From: Bacilli bacterium
Lineage (GTDB): Bacteria > Bacillota_I > Bacilli_A > ML615J-28 > CAG-698
Direction of reading: 5' to 3'
DNA length: 64,000 nt
Assembly (NCBI GenBank): GCA_050953065.1
Contig: JBMNLZ010000003.1
Location: 64,001 to 128,000, forward strand
The position numbers and the translations under genes are program-made. The notes under the pieces were generated by a model. It was not told the DNA's origin. It did not search any database and saw only the letters and a program-made list of their open reading frames with translations. Shown one piece after another: positions 20,427 through 31,984 of the stretch. Position 1 is the first letter of the stretch, and the number at the start of each line of letters is the position of its first letter.

Positions 20427-23400
20427 TTATCTAGGAGCAACAACCAATACTACAGATGTTACACTTCTATTTTCAGAAGGAGAGTTTGCAGCTGTAAACG
20501 AAGCAGTTGTTCCATATGATGAACCAGTTCTAATCATAAGTCTAGTAGAACCACCACCATCCATATTATGAGCTTGAACGCAACCATATTTCGCCATTAT
20601 TGCTTGCATTTCTTCAACTCTAACACCACTCATATTAGTTTGTCTACCATCAGCAGCAACTATTACAATCGTACCATCTGCTCTTCTTCCAATCATTGAT
20701 CTTGGATGACGAGCACCCATATCACTTCTTGAATTAATACATGTTTGAGCATCAACTGCAGCAGCATTTAAAATAAATCCACGAGTTGCATTTGTTGCTT
20801 CTCTTATGCCTGCAAAAGCACCTGAAAATTCATATTGAACTTTTAATGTATAACCATTTGCAACTAGATTATTTAAAGTAGCATTGTTACTAGCAATTGC
20901 AAATTGATTTTCACCAAGTGATGCTGAAGATGCATTAGCATTACTAACTGGACCTCTTCCATAGAAATCAGTTCCACTATTTGCAAGTACTCTTACACCA
21001 GTTCCAACAACAAACAATTTACCAGAGCTTGGTTTTGAAACTGACCTTGCAACCGCAGCATGACTTGAGTTATATGTAGCATAAAATACACTAACTGCAC
21101 CAGTTCCAGGATTTGAATTTCTACCTGTAACATCAAAGATTCCAACTTGAGTACCACTAGAATTATAAACTCTAAGTTTTAATGCTTTTGTTGGAGTACC
21201 TTGAATAATTGAATTAGCAGTTCCGTCATTTGGAAATCCTAATGTTTTATAATTAGTATCGCTTCCTTCTGATACAAAGTCAGTCGTACTTGTAACAGTT
21301 GATTTATAAACATGAGTATCAATCATTATAGTACCCATTGTTTGATAAGCTAAAGCTCCTCTTGGCCAAATATCATAAAAGTCAGCATTTATTGCAGCTA
21401 ATACTTTCCAGCTACTATGATTAGATTCATAGTTAGCAGCTAAAGTAGCAACTTGATTCATACTCCATCTTGAAGCACTTGAAAATCTAGTCCATACTAC
21501 AACTTTAGCTCTTCTTGAAGTATCTACAGTTAACACACTTACTCTTTGACTAACTAGTGAGCCTGATGAAGTATATTTTGTAGTTCCACTATATCTACTA
21601 TGCTCTACACCATAGCCTAAAGAATTATATGCAAGTCTTGATCCTTCATTATATGTTCCAACTAATCCAGTAACTGTAGTTGAACTAACAACAGCTATTG
21701 CAATAGTTCCTTTCCCTTTACTGTGAATTGCAGTAATTACAACATTTCCAACTTTTAAAGCTGAAATTGTTCCATATGCTGAAACTGTTGCAACTGATGC
21801 ATCTGAAGTTATAAAAGTACATTCAAGTCTACTTAAGGCAGTTCCTGCAGTATCTCTTACATATATTTGATAGCCTGTTGCTCCAACTTTTAATGAAGCC
21901 CCCGGTTCAGCTGATAGAATAATAGTTCCAGATGGTACAGCTTTTACTGTAATAGCAACTGTCTTTTTAACTGATGTATTAGCAACTGATGTTACTGTGA
22001 TAGTTGCACTACCTGCAGCCTTACCAGTTACCACACCAGTACTTGACACTGTTGCAATTCCTGTATTACTAGAAGTCCACGTAACTGCAGTATTACTAAC
22101 ATTAGTAACAGTTGCAGTTATTTGAAGTGGTTCACCTACATAAATTGAACCACTAGTAGGAGACACTGTCAATTCAGGCATAAGTTGAGCTGTAACTGTT
22201 ATTGCACATGTTGCACTTACAGAATTGTTAGCAACTGAAGTTGCTGTAATTACAGCAGAACCAGCTGCAACACCTGAAACAACACCACTAGAATTTACTG
22301 TAGCAACACTTGTATTACTAGAAGTCCAAGTAACTGCAGTATTTGTAGTATTAGTAACTGTTGCAGTTAAAGTTTTAGTAGTTCCTGCAGCAATACTTGC
22401 TGAAGAAGCAGATATTGTTATAACAGGAAGTGGAGCTTCAGTTACAGTAACTGTAGCTTGAGCTTGCGTTGAATTATCAGCATTAAGTTTAGCAATAATA
22501 GTAGTTGAACCAACTGCAACTGCTGTTACTTTACCATTTGCATCAACTGTTGCAACTGCTGGATTTCCACTTGACCATACAACAGATTTATCTGTTAGTG
22601 ACGCCGCAACTACTGTTGCTATAATCGTTTGATTAGAACCAACACCTAATGCTAAAGAACTTGGATTCAAAGTGATAGATTTTGGATCCGTTACTGTTAT
22701 ATTATGTGTTGCTTTAATACTTGCACTTACAATTGAAGTTGCAGTAATTGTAGCAGTTCCTTCTGCAATACCTGTTACTCGGCCATTTACATCAACTGTT
22801 GCAACACTTGCATTATTTGTTGACCAAATAACTGTGCTATTTGCACCAAGCGGTGAAACAACTGCAGTTAATAATATATTTTGACCATATCCAACATTTG
22901 CTGCACCAGTAATTGCTATACTTGCAGGAAGCGGAATTACTGTTACATTAAAAATAGCTTTTTTATCAGGATCTCCAATTAATGATGCTGTAATTTGTAC
23001 AGAACCACCAGCAACACCTGTTACCCAACCATTCGCATCAACTGTTGCAATTGAAGCATTGCTTGATGTAAATTTAAATGATGCAGGTTCATCAGCTGGA
23101 GTATAACTAACATTTAATTTTGCTTTATTTCCAACTAACACTTCACTAGCACCAGAAAGAGTAATTGAAGTAATAGGACTAGCTGAAGTTTCAAGTTCTT
23201 TTACAAATAATGTGAATGTTCCAAAAACAGTTAAATCATCAGATAAAGATGCTGTAATAGTAACAATCCCAGTTGAAACACCTGTTACAATTCCAAAATT
23301 ATTAACTGTTGCTTTTGTATCATCACTACTTTTCCAAGTAAGACCACCTACAATAGCACCTTGATTTGGAGTTGCTGTTAATATAATTGAATCAGTTGTA

Positions 23401-24098
23401 TTAACAAAGTTACTCCCATTAATAATTAATGATGTTGGTGAAATTGTAACAACACTTTTAACTCTAACAACAACATCAATTGACATAGGTTTTCCATTAA
23501 TTACAGCGATTATTTTAGCATTTCCAGCTTCAACACCTCTTACTGTTCCATTAGCATCAACTGTTGCTGCAGCAGCATTATTTGAAAGCCATGTAATAGC
23601 ACCAGTATATAAACTGCTTCCCTTTAACACTTGCAATACAACTTCTTGCCCAACTTCAATATTTATATCTCCATTAGCAATCGTATATGTATCTTCTGTT
23701 GGATTATCTTCAATTGGATTATCTTCACCACCTGAAGTTGCATCTTCTTCAACAACTTCTACTGTTAATTTTAATTGAGGAGCAGTCCCATTTAATAAAT
23801 TAATATTTAAAAAACCTATTCCAGGACCAACAGCAATAATTAAACCGTTACTACTAACCGTAAAAACAGTTGTATCGCTTGAAACAAAACTAAACTGTGG
23901 TGCAACATTTAATCCTTCCACCCTTGGAATCAAATTAAATTCATCACCAACCTCTAAAACTAAATTGGCATTTTCAACACTTATTGTTGCATCAGTCGTA
24001 GTTACAAATTCTTGGCAGCCCGCAACTGTTATAAGTCCAAAAATAACAACAAACAAAAGCATTATCTTTTTCATACCTTTTTTTGCATAATCTTCCAA
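20427..24098 (-). CDS. Lipoprotein with tandem Ig-like group 2 (Big_2) repeats and a C-terminal NAGPA-family phosphodiester glycosidase domain
   Basis: Lipobox VAGC; repeated W.SSN..VATV...G.V.G...G...ITA units; AINADFY, HPRSMIG, DGRQ, NMDGGGST motifs. Confidence 0.85.
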   Translation of the reverse strand: MEDYAKKGMKKIMLLFVVIFGLITVAGCQEFVTTTDATISVENANLVLEVGDEFNLIPRVEGLNVAPQFSFVSSDTTVFTVSSNGLIIAVGPGIGFLNINLLNGTAPQLKLTVEVVEEDATSGGEDNPIEDNPTEDTYTIANGDINIEVGQEVVLQVLKGSSLYTGAITWLSNNAAAATVDANGTVRGVEAGNAKIIAVINGKPMSIDVVVRVKSVVTISPTSLIINGSNFVNTTDSIILTATPNQGAIVGGLTWKSSDDTKATVNNFGIVTGVSTGIVTITASLSDDLTVFGTFTLFVKELETSASPITSITLSGASEVLVGNKAKLNVSYTPADEPASFKFTSSNASIATVDANGWVTGVAGGSVQITASLIGDPDKKAIFNVTVIPLPASIAITGAANVGYGQNILLTAVVSPLGANSTVIWSTNNASVATVDVNGRVTGIAEGTATITATSIVSASIKATHNITVTDPKSITLNPSSLALGVGSNQTIIATVVAASLTDKSVVWSSGNPAVATVDANGKVTAVAVGSTTIIAKLNADNSTQAQATVTVTEAPLPVITISASSASIAAGTTKTLTATVTNTTNTAVTWTSSNTSVATVNSSGVVSGVAAGSAVITATSVANNSVSATCAITVTAQLMPELTVSPTSGSIYVGEPLQITATVTNVSNTAVTWTSSNTGIATVSSTGVVTGKAAGSATITVTSVANTSVKKTVAITVKAVPSGTIILSAEPGASLKVGATGYQIYVRDTAGTALSRLECTFITSDASVATVSAYGTISALKVGNVVITAIHSKGKGTIAIAVVSSTTVTGLVGTYNEGSRLAYNSLGYGVEHSRYSGTTKYTSSGSLVSQRVSVLTVDTSRRAKVVVWTRFSSASRWSMNQVATLAANYESNHSSWKVLAAINADFYDIWPRGALAYQTMGTIMIDTHVYKSTVTSTTDFVSEGSDTNYKTLGFPNDGTANSIIQGTPTKALKLRVYNSSGTQVGIFDVTGRNSNPGTGAVSVFYATYNSSHAAVARSVSKPSSGKLFVVGTGVRVLANSGTDFYGRGPVSNANASSASLGENQFAIASNNATLNNLVANGYTLKVQYEFSGAFAGIREATNATRGFILNAAAVDAQTCINSRSDMGARHPRSMIGRRADGTIVIVAADGRQTNMSGVRVEEMQAIMAKYGCVQAHNMDGGGSTRLMIRTGSSYGTTASFTAANSPSENRSVTSVVLVVAPR

Positions 24099-24233
24099 AT
24101 TATGCAGTCCCCTTTCTTAAAAATAATCTATTCTTATAATGCACACAAAACTCCACCATACATACTTATTATACTACTTAAAAAAACGATTGTCTATTTA
24201 AGAAAAAGTAGGTTTAATCTATATTTAAGATTT

Positions 24234-24269
24234 AAAAAAAGGCCATTCTCAATTTCTTGAGAATAGCCC
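24234..24269 (-). terminator. Rho-independent terminator
   Basis: ggccattctcaa/ttgagaatagcc stem with A7 run (U-tail on minus strand). Confidence 0.7.
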
Positions 24270-24289
24270 AAAACTATATCAATTGATTA

Positions 24290-27200
24290 TTATTCAGTTG
24301 AAAATCTTGCATATAAAGTAGTTGTTGTTGAAGCTGAAGTTACTTTATTTCCACCTGTTTCAGCATCATACCAACCATCAAATGTATAACCATCTTTATA
24401 TAAAGTAGGTAATTCAGTTAATGGATTATTATAATTAAATACTGTTTGTTGGAAATGAGCTGCCCAGAATCCGTTGGCAATAGTTGCATCTGTATAATCA
24501 GCAATAGTTATACCACCATCTTTTCTTCCAGCTAAGAAGCCCCATGTTTCCCATCTAGTTGCACCAACAGTTGAAGTAGTACTATGAGTATTATTTAATA
24601 TTTTTTGGAATTCAGCAACGTTTCCTGCACTAGCAACAGTAATTAAATACTCAACCATCCACATCCATTTATCTTTATAATTAGCATGATTAAAGAAGTT
24701 TCCTACGTTTCCGTTATTTGAATAGTTTCTACCAATAAAAGCTTTACTACCATCATAACCAGGATCTCCAGATTTTAGTAAAGTCATACGGCCTAAACTA
24801 GAACTTGCATTTGCATTATAGAATGCAGTAAAGTCATCTAGGAAATCATTTACCATTGCTTCTCTTGTTGCATATTTCCAATGTCCACCATCTAAATTAT
24901 AAGTAAGTGTAAATGGAGAAATCCAACCAGCCCATAATTCAACATCTCCAGTATGTCCAACAGGAATAGTTGTAATAGGATCTCCAGTAAGAGCTGCATT
25001 ATTATACCATCCTGTAAAGATAGAACCATCTTTTGTAATAGCTTGTAATACTAAAGCTGTACCATTTGAATGACTCGCAGGGTTGTCTTCATGATTTGCT
25101 AAAGCACCGTTTAGATTGTAAGTAATATTGTAAGTTGAAATGATTTGCCATTGTGCAAATAGATTTACTTCACCAATTGAACCTTTTTCAATCTTAGTAA
25201 CTTTAGTACCACCTTCAGCAGCAGTAAACCAACCTAAGAAGATATATCCTTCTTTTGTTGCTGGAGCAAAAGTAATAGTTTCTGTAATTACTGTATATTT
25301 AGTAGGGTTAGAAGCAGGATTTGTCGCACCTTCACCTTCTGTATAATTAATATTATATTCAATGATAGTGAATTTAGCATATACAGTGATGTCATCTAAT
25401 TTATTTATTTGAGTTATTTGATTAGCAAATGTAGCTTCTGTAAACCAACCATCAAATGTGTAACCTAACTTACTTGCATTTTCTAAAGTAACAGGCATAT
25501 CACTTTCTTTAAATGAAGCAGGATTGTTTGCATGATTATCCCCACCATCTAATACATAAGTAATATAAGCATCAACAATTAATTCCCAATTAGCATGGAA
25601 TGTTTTATTTTCAGTTGATCCAGTTGCAATTTCAGTTACTTTATTATCAAAAGTAGCTTCAGTATACCAACCTAAGAATCTATAAGCATCTCTTGTAGGG
25701 TTAGCTAATGTAATAGTAGGATCCGTAACTTTATAAGTTGCAGGGTTAGAAGGAGAGTTTGTTCCTTCATTTAATACATAAGTAATATCATAATTAATGA
25801 TAGTAAATTGAGCATATAAAATGATATCTGCAAATTCAGTAATTTGAGTTATTTCATTATCAAAAGTAGCTTCTGTAAACCAACCTTCAAATGTATAACC
25901 TGCTTTACTTGCATCTTTTAAAACAACAGGTAAATCTGCTTCTACAAAATATGCAGGGTTATCCTTATCATTATTTCCGCCATCTAATACATAAGTAATA
26001 TCTCTAGCTGCAATCCATTTTGCATAATATGTAACTTCTTTTCCACCATAACCAGTTGAATAAACTTTAATAGGATCATCTGATGTATCCGGTTGTAGAC
26101 ACCAACCTAAGAATTTATATCCTGGGCGAACAACATGTTCTACTCCACCACAACTTAACATAGATGAATAAGGAGCTGTTAAAATATTAGTTACATCATC
26201 AGTTGCAACACCCGGAAGTGTGCCATTTAAGAAATTAAGTTCAATATTTGCAGTTTTAGTTGGTTCTGCAGGTATATTTTGAACAGCAAGCAATGCACCT
26301 ACTGCAATACTATTATATATTTCAATTAAAGTATCTTTATATTGTGAAGTACAATCACCATGATAACTAATATAGAATGTAGCTGCATCATCTTGGAAGC
26401 CAGTGCCCTTACCAACTAACTCATAAACGCCATCAATTGAAGTTGCTTTGAAGCCCATTACACTCCAATATAAACCAGCACGAGCTGTACTTACAAAAAT
26501 TTGATGTCCTGTCCAGTCATGTATTTTATATGCATCAGCATAAATACGTGTCTTTTCACTTCTTCCTGCTATACCAGCAACAGTAAGTTGACCACCGTTT
26601 AGATTATATGTAATATTTGCTCTATTATCCCATTTAGCATATAATTTAACATCTGCTGTATTTCCAATTTCAATTTCAGTAATTGCATTACCTGTCAATT
26701 CAGCATTATCAAACCATCCCACAAATGCAGCATCTGCTTTAGTAGCTTCTTTTAATACTAACGCAGTAGTATTTTTGTGAGTTGCAGGGTTATCACCATT
26801 AGTTCCACCATTTAATTCATAAGTAATTGCATATGTTACAGCTGCATTAAATTTAGCAGTAATAGTAATATCACCTGTAACAGGAGCCGCAAAGTTATAA
26901 ACTTCTTCTCCTAAATACCAATCATCAAAAAGAAAATCTTCTTTTGTAGGATCTGCAGGTCTACTAACTGTAGTGTTAATTGCAATTGTTTCAGTTACTA
27001 AATTTCCATCAATATTAAATGTAACTACAACAGCCTCAGCAAATAAAGCCTTTAATTCAATATTAGCTCTAACTGGAGCACCAAAGTTATAAGTAGCTCC
27101 ATTTAATTGCCATTCTACAAATACGTATCCTTCTTTAGTTGGATTATCAGGACGAGCTACTGGATCACCATCATTAACTTCTGTTCCAGTAATACTGCCA

Positions 27201-27775
27201 TCAACATTGAATGAAACTTCCCAAACTGCAGCAACAATTTCTTCAAATTTTGCAGTAAGTGTAAGATCAGCAGTAACAGGTTCATCAAAATCATATGCAA
27301 CTTCTGAACCTTCTTCTCCTACAAACCAGTCAGTAAATGTATAACCATCTTTAACTGGATCTTCAGGTCTTTCAACCTTTTGGCCATCTTCTACTTCTAC
27401 TTCAACATCATCTTCACCTTCTACAACAAAAGTTACAATGAACTTTTCAGATTCTACAGCATCTTGCTCAAAGATTGCTATCAAAGTGATGTTAGCAGTT
27501 AGTGCAGTAGCCATATTATATTTAGTAGTTGCACCATCTAAAGCCCAATGTTTGAATGTATATCCAGCTTTAGTAGGATTTGCAGGTACTACCAAATCAC
27601 TAGCTTTTTCAACAGTTTTTGTTGAAACAACAACACCATCTACTTTAAAAGTAACAGTGTACTTAACCGGTTCTTCTCCAGGTTTGTCACAACCTGCAGC
27701 AACAACCGCTACGAACATAAAAACAACTAATAAAAACAAAATTTTAAACAATTTAAATTGTTTTCTTTTTTCCAT
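24290..27775 (-). CDS. Lipoprotein with many InlB B-repeat (Listeria-Bacteroides/Flg_new) domains
   Basis: ATG at 27775 with AGGAGG RBS; lipobox AAGC; more than ten P.K.GY.F.GW...L.A.(W/F) repeats. Confidence 0.85.
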   Translation of the reverse strand: MEKRKQFKLFKILFLLVVFMFVAVVAAGCDKPGEEPVKYTVTFKVDGVVVSTKTVEKASDLVVPANPTKAGYTFKHWALDGATTKYNMATALTANITLIAIFEQDAVESEKFIVTFVVEGEDDVEVEVEDGQKVERPEDPVKDGYTFTDWFVGEEGSEVAYDFDEPVTADLTLTAKFEEIVAAVWEVSFNVDGSITGTEVNDGDPVARPDNPTKEGYVFVEWQLNGATYNFGAPVRANIELKALFAEAVVVTFNIDGNLVTETIAINTTVSRPADPTKEDFLFDDWYLGEEVYNFAAPVTGDITITAKFNAAVTYAITYELNGGTNGDNPATHKNTTALVLKEATKADAAFVGWFDNAELTGNAITEIEIGNTADVKLYAKWDNRANITYNLNGGQLTVAGIAGRSEKTRIYADAYKIHDWTGHQIFVSTARAGLYWSVMGFKATSIDGVYELVGKGTGFQDDAATFYISYHGDCTSQYKDTLIEIYNSIAVGALLAVQNIPAEPTKTANIELNFLNGTLPGVATDDVTNILTAPYSSMLSCGGVEHVVRPGYKFLGWCLQPDTSDDPIKVYSTGYGGKEVTYYAKWIAARDITYVLDGGNNDKDNPAYFVEADLPVVLKDASKAGYTFEGWFTEATFDNEITQITEFADIILYAQFTIINYDITYVLNEGTNSPSNPATYKVTDPTITLANPTRDAYRFLGWYTEATFDNKVTEIATGSTENKTFHANWELIVDAYITYVLDGGDNHANNPASFKESDMPVTLENASKLGYTFDGWFTEATFANQITQINKLDDITVYAKFTIIEYNINYTEGEGATNPASNPTKYTVITETITFAPATKEGYIFLGWFTAAEGGTKVTKIEKGSIGEVNLFAQWQIISTYNITYNLNGALANHEDNPASHSNGTALVLQAITKDGSIFTGWYNNAALTGDPITTIPVGHTGDVELWAGWISPFTLTYNLDGGHWKYATREAMVNDFLDDFTAFYNANASSSLGRMTLLKSGDPGYDGSKAFIGRNYSNNGNVGNFFNHANYKDKWMWMVEYLITVASAGNVAEFQKILNNTHSTTSTVGATRWETWGFLAGRKDGGITIADYTDATIANGFWAAHFQQTVFNYNNPLTELPTLYKDGYTFDGWYDAETGGNKVTSASTTTTLYARFSTE

Positions 27776-27871
27776 ACATACCTCCTTGTATAATGATATT
27801 TTACCATATTTAAAACAATAATGCAAGTTTTTGCACTACAAATAAGCCATATTTTAATGTTTTTTAAAAAT

Positions 27872-29218
27872 TTAAACCTCTTCAGTTTCAATCATTTTAA
27901 TTTCAGGTTTTTTCTTTCTATTATATAAAAACGCACAAACAAAAGTAGAAACCGGAACTGTTAATATTAAAGTAAAACAACCAATTAATGTTTGAACTAG
28001 TTCAATAATCACATCTTCTCTACTAAACAACTCTACTGTTCTAACATGAGACATCAAATAAATTGATGTTCCAAGCGCTGTGCCAATATATGCTAAAATC
28101 AAAGTATTAGCCATTGTTCCAATAATATCACGACCTATTACCATACCAGATTTAACTGTTTGTTTAAAACTTGGATTAACTGCTGTATCATTTAATTCTT
28201 GTAAAGCAGAACACATTGATATAGCAACATCCATTACAGCCCCCAAAGCTCCTATTGTAATGGTTCCAAACAAGACTGCTCTTAAGTCAATAGGTCCTCT
28301 CGGAATATCAAGCATCAATAATAACTGATATTCTTCAATATTTTGAAATCCTGTCAAATGAGTTGCTTTTCTTATAATTACCGTTAAAATTGCTCCTAGG
28401 GCAATTCCACATAAACACGCAAAAGCCGATGCTAGGCCCTTTTTAGTGGCTCCAACAACAAATAAAATGGTAATCGTCACGGTAAATAAGCAAGTTATCA
28501 AAGTCCATAAATAAATATTTCTTCCTGATAAAGCTGCAGGAATATATACAAAAAAAATTCCTAAACAAGTAAATCCTAAAGAACAAGCTGCAGTTATTCC
28601 TCTAAAGCCACCAAACACAATAATTAAAACAAGGAATAATATAGCTAACCAAATTACTTTATCAATTCTATGGTATCTATAAAAAGTCCAAGGAATCTCG
28701 CCTGATAAGGATTCTTCAAGTTCTGGATTAGGTATTTCTGAATTGTATTCATGCAAGTTGACCTTATCACCAACACTTATCTCATCCTCAGGCCATGAAT
28801 CGTAAGTATAGTTTAATACTTGAACTGCTCTAGTAGTTTCACCTTTATTTTCTCCCCAAATAATAACACCTTCAAAAACAAGATAATGTCTATGTGAAGG
28901 AATATATTCATAATATACTTCTTCACTATCTGGAGATACTTGGTGCTCCCTAAAATAACTTAAATCCTCAATCGATCTACCACAAACTTCAGTAACCTTT
29001 ATTCTAACTAAGGGTTGGCTTTGAATCTCACCCCAAAAATTACTTCTTACATAATCAAAATTACAGATTACTAAGAAAAGAATGGCAAAAATTACTGTTC
29101 CAATAAAAACTAAAACTTCTTTTAAATTAAATTTTGCTATGATATGATTTTTTGTTTTATTAAATCCTAATTTTATATATTCCCAAATTGCAGCAAAAAA
29201 TTTTTTAACCTTTTCCAT
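27872..29218 (-). CDS. YibE/F-family multi-pass membrane protein
   Basis: Multiple TM helices; IGALGAVMDVAIS, GRDIIGTMANTLILAYIG motifs. Confidence 0.85.
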   Translation of the reverse strand: MEKVKKFFAAIWEYIKLGFNKTKNHIIAKFNLKEVLVFIGTVIFAILFLVICNFDYVRSNFWGEIQSQPLVRIKVTEVCGRSIEDLSYFREHQVSPDSEEVYYEYIPSHRHYLVFEGVIIWGENKGETTRAVQVLNYTYDSWPEDEISVGDKVNLHEYNSEIPNPELEESLSGEIPWTFYRYHRIDKVIWLAILFLVLIIVFGGFRGITAACSLGFTCLGIFFVYIPAALSGRNIYLWTLITCLFTVTITILFVVGATKKGLASAFACLCGIALGAILTVIIRKATHLTGFQNIEEYQLLLMLDIPRGPIDLRAVLFGTITIGALGAVMDVAISMCSALQELNDTAVNPSFKQTVKSGMVIGRDIIGTMANTLILAYIGTALGTSIYLMSHVRTVELFSREDVIIELVQTLIGCFTLILTVPVSTFVCAFLYNRKKKPEIKMIETEEV

Positions 29219-29243
29219 CTAAAATCATCCTTTCCTTTATTTT

Positions 29244-30563
29244 TTATAAAGCTAGTTTATAAGAGGCTGCCATAACCTCACTTAAAGTTGGATGAGCATA
29301 AATATAATTATTTAACTCACTTAATTTTATTTTTTTGTTCATTATTATAACAGCCTCATGAATCAAAGTACTAGCTTGAGGTCCTATTATATGAACTCCT
29401 AATATCAAGTCATCTTTACTAATTACCTTTACAAAGCCATCAACCTCACCCATTGAAAAAGCTTTTCCATTAGCTCTAAATGGAAATTTTACAACCTTAC
29501 AATCTTCTTCTATCATTTCTTTTGTTAAACCAACACTAGCAACTTCTGGGAAAGAAAAAACACAAGCAGGAATTAACGAAAAGTTAATTTCTGATTTTTT
29601 TCCCGTTAAATGATCAAATAAATAAAATGCATTGTATGCTGCATAATGAGCAAGCATTACTTTACCTATTACATCTCCTATAGCATAGATATTTTCAACA
29701 TTAGTTTGAAAATTATCATTTACTATAATACCTTTTTTTGTATATTTTACTAAAGCATTATCTAAAGCTAAACTGTTAAGATTAGGAATTCTACCTACAC
29801 TTACTAAAACGTTTGTTGCTGAAAATGTTCTGCCATCTTCTAATGTTACCTTTAGGTTATCTTCTTTTGTAATCTTAGTTACTTTAGCACTAGTATTGAT
29901 ATCTATTCCTATTTGTTTTAAGTATACTTGAAGTCTTTTAGAAATCTCTTCATCAAAATTAGCAATGATATTAGGTAAGGCTTCTATTACAGTAACATTA
30001 CTACCAAAAAGTTTAAAAATAGATGCCATTTCAATTCCAATTACTCCACCACCTATTATCACTAAATCCTTTGGTATACTAGTTAATTCTAAAATCTCAT
30101 CAGATGTGATAACACCTTCTAAATTAATTCCTTCAATGGGTGGTATAAAAGGTTTAGAACCAGTTGCTATAACTATTTTTTTAGCCTTATAAGTAACATT
30201 ATTTACTAAAATAGTATTCTTATCAACAAAACTTGCTTCTCCATAAACTACTTCAACATCTCTTTTTTTTAATGCATTTTCTAAATTAGAAGTTAAAGAA
30301 GAAACAATTTTTTCTTTTCTTTCATATGCTTTTAAAAATTCAAAACTAAAACTCGCATCAATTCCAAACTCATTTAAAGATTTTAAATCCTTTAATAGAC
30401 TTGCATTCTTATGATATGTTTTAGTAGGAATACAGCCCTTTTGTAAGCAAACTCCACCTAATTTTTCTTTTTCAACTAATAAAACATCCATTCCTTCTTT
30501 TTTAGCCGCTAAAGCTATTTCAAGTCCACCAGCTCCAGCTCCTATTACAATTATATCTTTCAT
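29244..30563 (-). CDS. lpdA: Dihydrolipoyl dehydrogenase (glycine cleavage L protein)
   Basis: GAGAGG, GGVCLQKGCIPTK, GGGVIG.E, AHPTLSE. Confidence 0.94.
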   Translation of the reverse strand: MKDIIVIGAGAGGLEIALAAKKEGMDVLLVEKEKLGGVCLQKGCIPTKTYHKNASLLKDLKSLNEFGIDASFSFEFLKAYERKEKIVSSLTSNLENALKKRDVEVVYGEASFVDKNTILVNNVTYKAKKIVIATGSKPFIPPIEGINLEGVITSDEILELTSIPKDLVIIGGGVIGIEMASIFKLFGSNVTVIEALPNIIANFDEEISKRLQVYLKQIGIDINTSAKVTKITKEDNLKVTLEDGRTFSATNVLVSVGRIPNLNSLALDNALVKYTKKGIIVNDNFQTNVENIYAIGDVIGKVMLAHYAAYNAFYLFDHLTGKKSEINFSLIPACVFSFPEVASVGLTKEMIEEDCKVVKFPFRANGKAFSMGEVDGFVKVISKDDLILGVHIIGPQASTLIHEAVIIMNKKIKLSELNNYIYAHPTLSEVMAASYKLAL

Positions 30564-31984
30564 TATTCTATATCCTTATATTTTAAAATTGGATTTCTAG
30601 CAGCCTTAACTTCATCAAGCCTTCTTACACAAGTATTATGTGGAGCACCTTTTAATAAATCACTAGATTCTCTTGCTTCTTTAGCAATTTTTTTCATTAC
30701 AGCAATAAATGAATCCAGTGTATCTTTACTTTCAGCCTCAGTTGGTTCAATCATCATTGCTTGATGGAATAATAGTGGGAAATAAATTGTCGGTGGATGA
30801 TAGCCATAATCAAGTAATCTTTTAGCTACCTCTAATGTAGTAGCAGTCTTATCTTTTAGGCCATCAAATACAACCTCATGCATACAAATATCATCAACTG
30901 CTAATAAATAATCATCTTTCAAAGATTCTTTTATATAGTTAGCATTTAAAACTGACAGTTTCCCAACATTCATTATATTTTCTTTTCCTAACGCTAGAAT
31001 ATAAGAATAAGCTTTAATAACTACTAAAAAGTTACCATAAAAACTACTAATACTACCAATTGAATCCTTTGTTTTTAAAAATTCATATTTCCCGTTATTA
31101 TATGTAACTCTTGGATTAGGTAAGAATTTTCTTAATTCTTCTACTACTCCAACAGGCCCACTGCCTGGTCCTCCTCCACCATGTGGAGTTGAGAATGTTT
31201 TATGTAAATTAATATGCATGACATCAAATCCCATATCAGCAGGACGAGCTACTCCTAAAATTGCATTTAAATTAGCTCCATCATAATATAAAAGACTTCC
31301 ATTAGCATGAACTAACTTAGATATTTCTAAAATATCTTTTTCAAAAATTCCAACTGTATTTGGATTTGTGAGCATAATAGCTGCTACTTCATCATTTAAT
31401 ACATTCTTTAAACTCTCTAAATCAACTAATCCCTTATCATTAGATTTAATTTCAACTGTTTCAAAGCCTACAACATTACAACTAGCTGGGTTAGTCCCAT
31501 GCGCACTATCTGGAATAATAACCTTAGTTCTTTTAAAATCTTTTTTACTTAAAAAATATTCTTTGATAATCATCAATCCAACTGCTTCTCCATGTGCTCC
31601 TGCGAAGGGATTAAAACTAAATTCACTCATTCCAGTTAGACTAGATAACATCTTAGAAGTTTCATAATATATTTTTAATGCGCCTTGAGTAGTTGAGGTA
31701 GGTTGAAGTGGATGAAGGCAAGTAAAATTAGACATGCTTGCTGCTACTTCATTAATTTTAGGATTATATTTCATTGTACAAGACCCAAGCGGATATAATC
31801 CTTGATCAACACCATAATTTTTAAGTGATAAATTAGTGTAATGCCTTACAACATCAACTTCACTTAAATTAGGTAAATCTAAAAAGTTTCTTAAATATTT
31901 CTTATCTATTTCATAAGTTTCACTAAAATTGCTTTTCTCGCAAATATCTTTATCTTTAATTTCAAATATTAATTTATCATACAT
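30563..31984 (-). CDS. gcvPB: Glycine dehydrogenase subunit 2
   Basis: PLGSCTMKYNP, SAHGTNPAS, YDGANLNA, NLHKTFSTPHGGGGPG. Confidence 0.96.
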   Translation of the reverse strand: MYDKLIFEIKDKDICEKSNFSETYEIDKKYLRNFLDLPNLSEVDVVRHYTNLSLKNYGVDQGLYPLGSCTMKYNPKINEVAASMSNFTCLHPLQPTSTTQGALKIYYETSKMLSSLTGMSEFSFNPFAGAHGEAVGLMIIKEYFLSKKDFKRTKVIIPDSAHGTNPASCNVVGFETVEIKSNDKGLVDLESLKNVLNDEVAAIMLTNPNTVGIFEKDILEISKLVHANGSLLYYDGANLNAILGVARPADMGFDVMHINLHKTFSTPHGGGGPGSGPVGVVEELRKFLPNPRVTYNNGKYEFLKTKDSIGSISSFYGNFLVVIKAYSYILALGKENIMNVGKLSVLNANYIKESLKDDYLLAVDDICMHEVVFDGLKDKTATTLEVAKRLLDYGYHPPTIYFPLLFHQAMMIEPTEAESKDTLDSFIAVMKKIAKEARESSDLLKGAPHNTCVRRLDEVKAARNPILKYKDIE

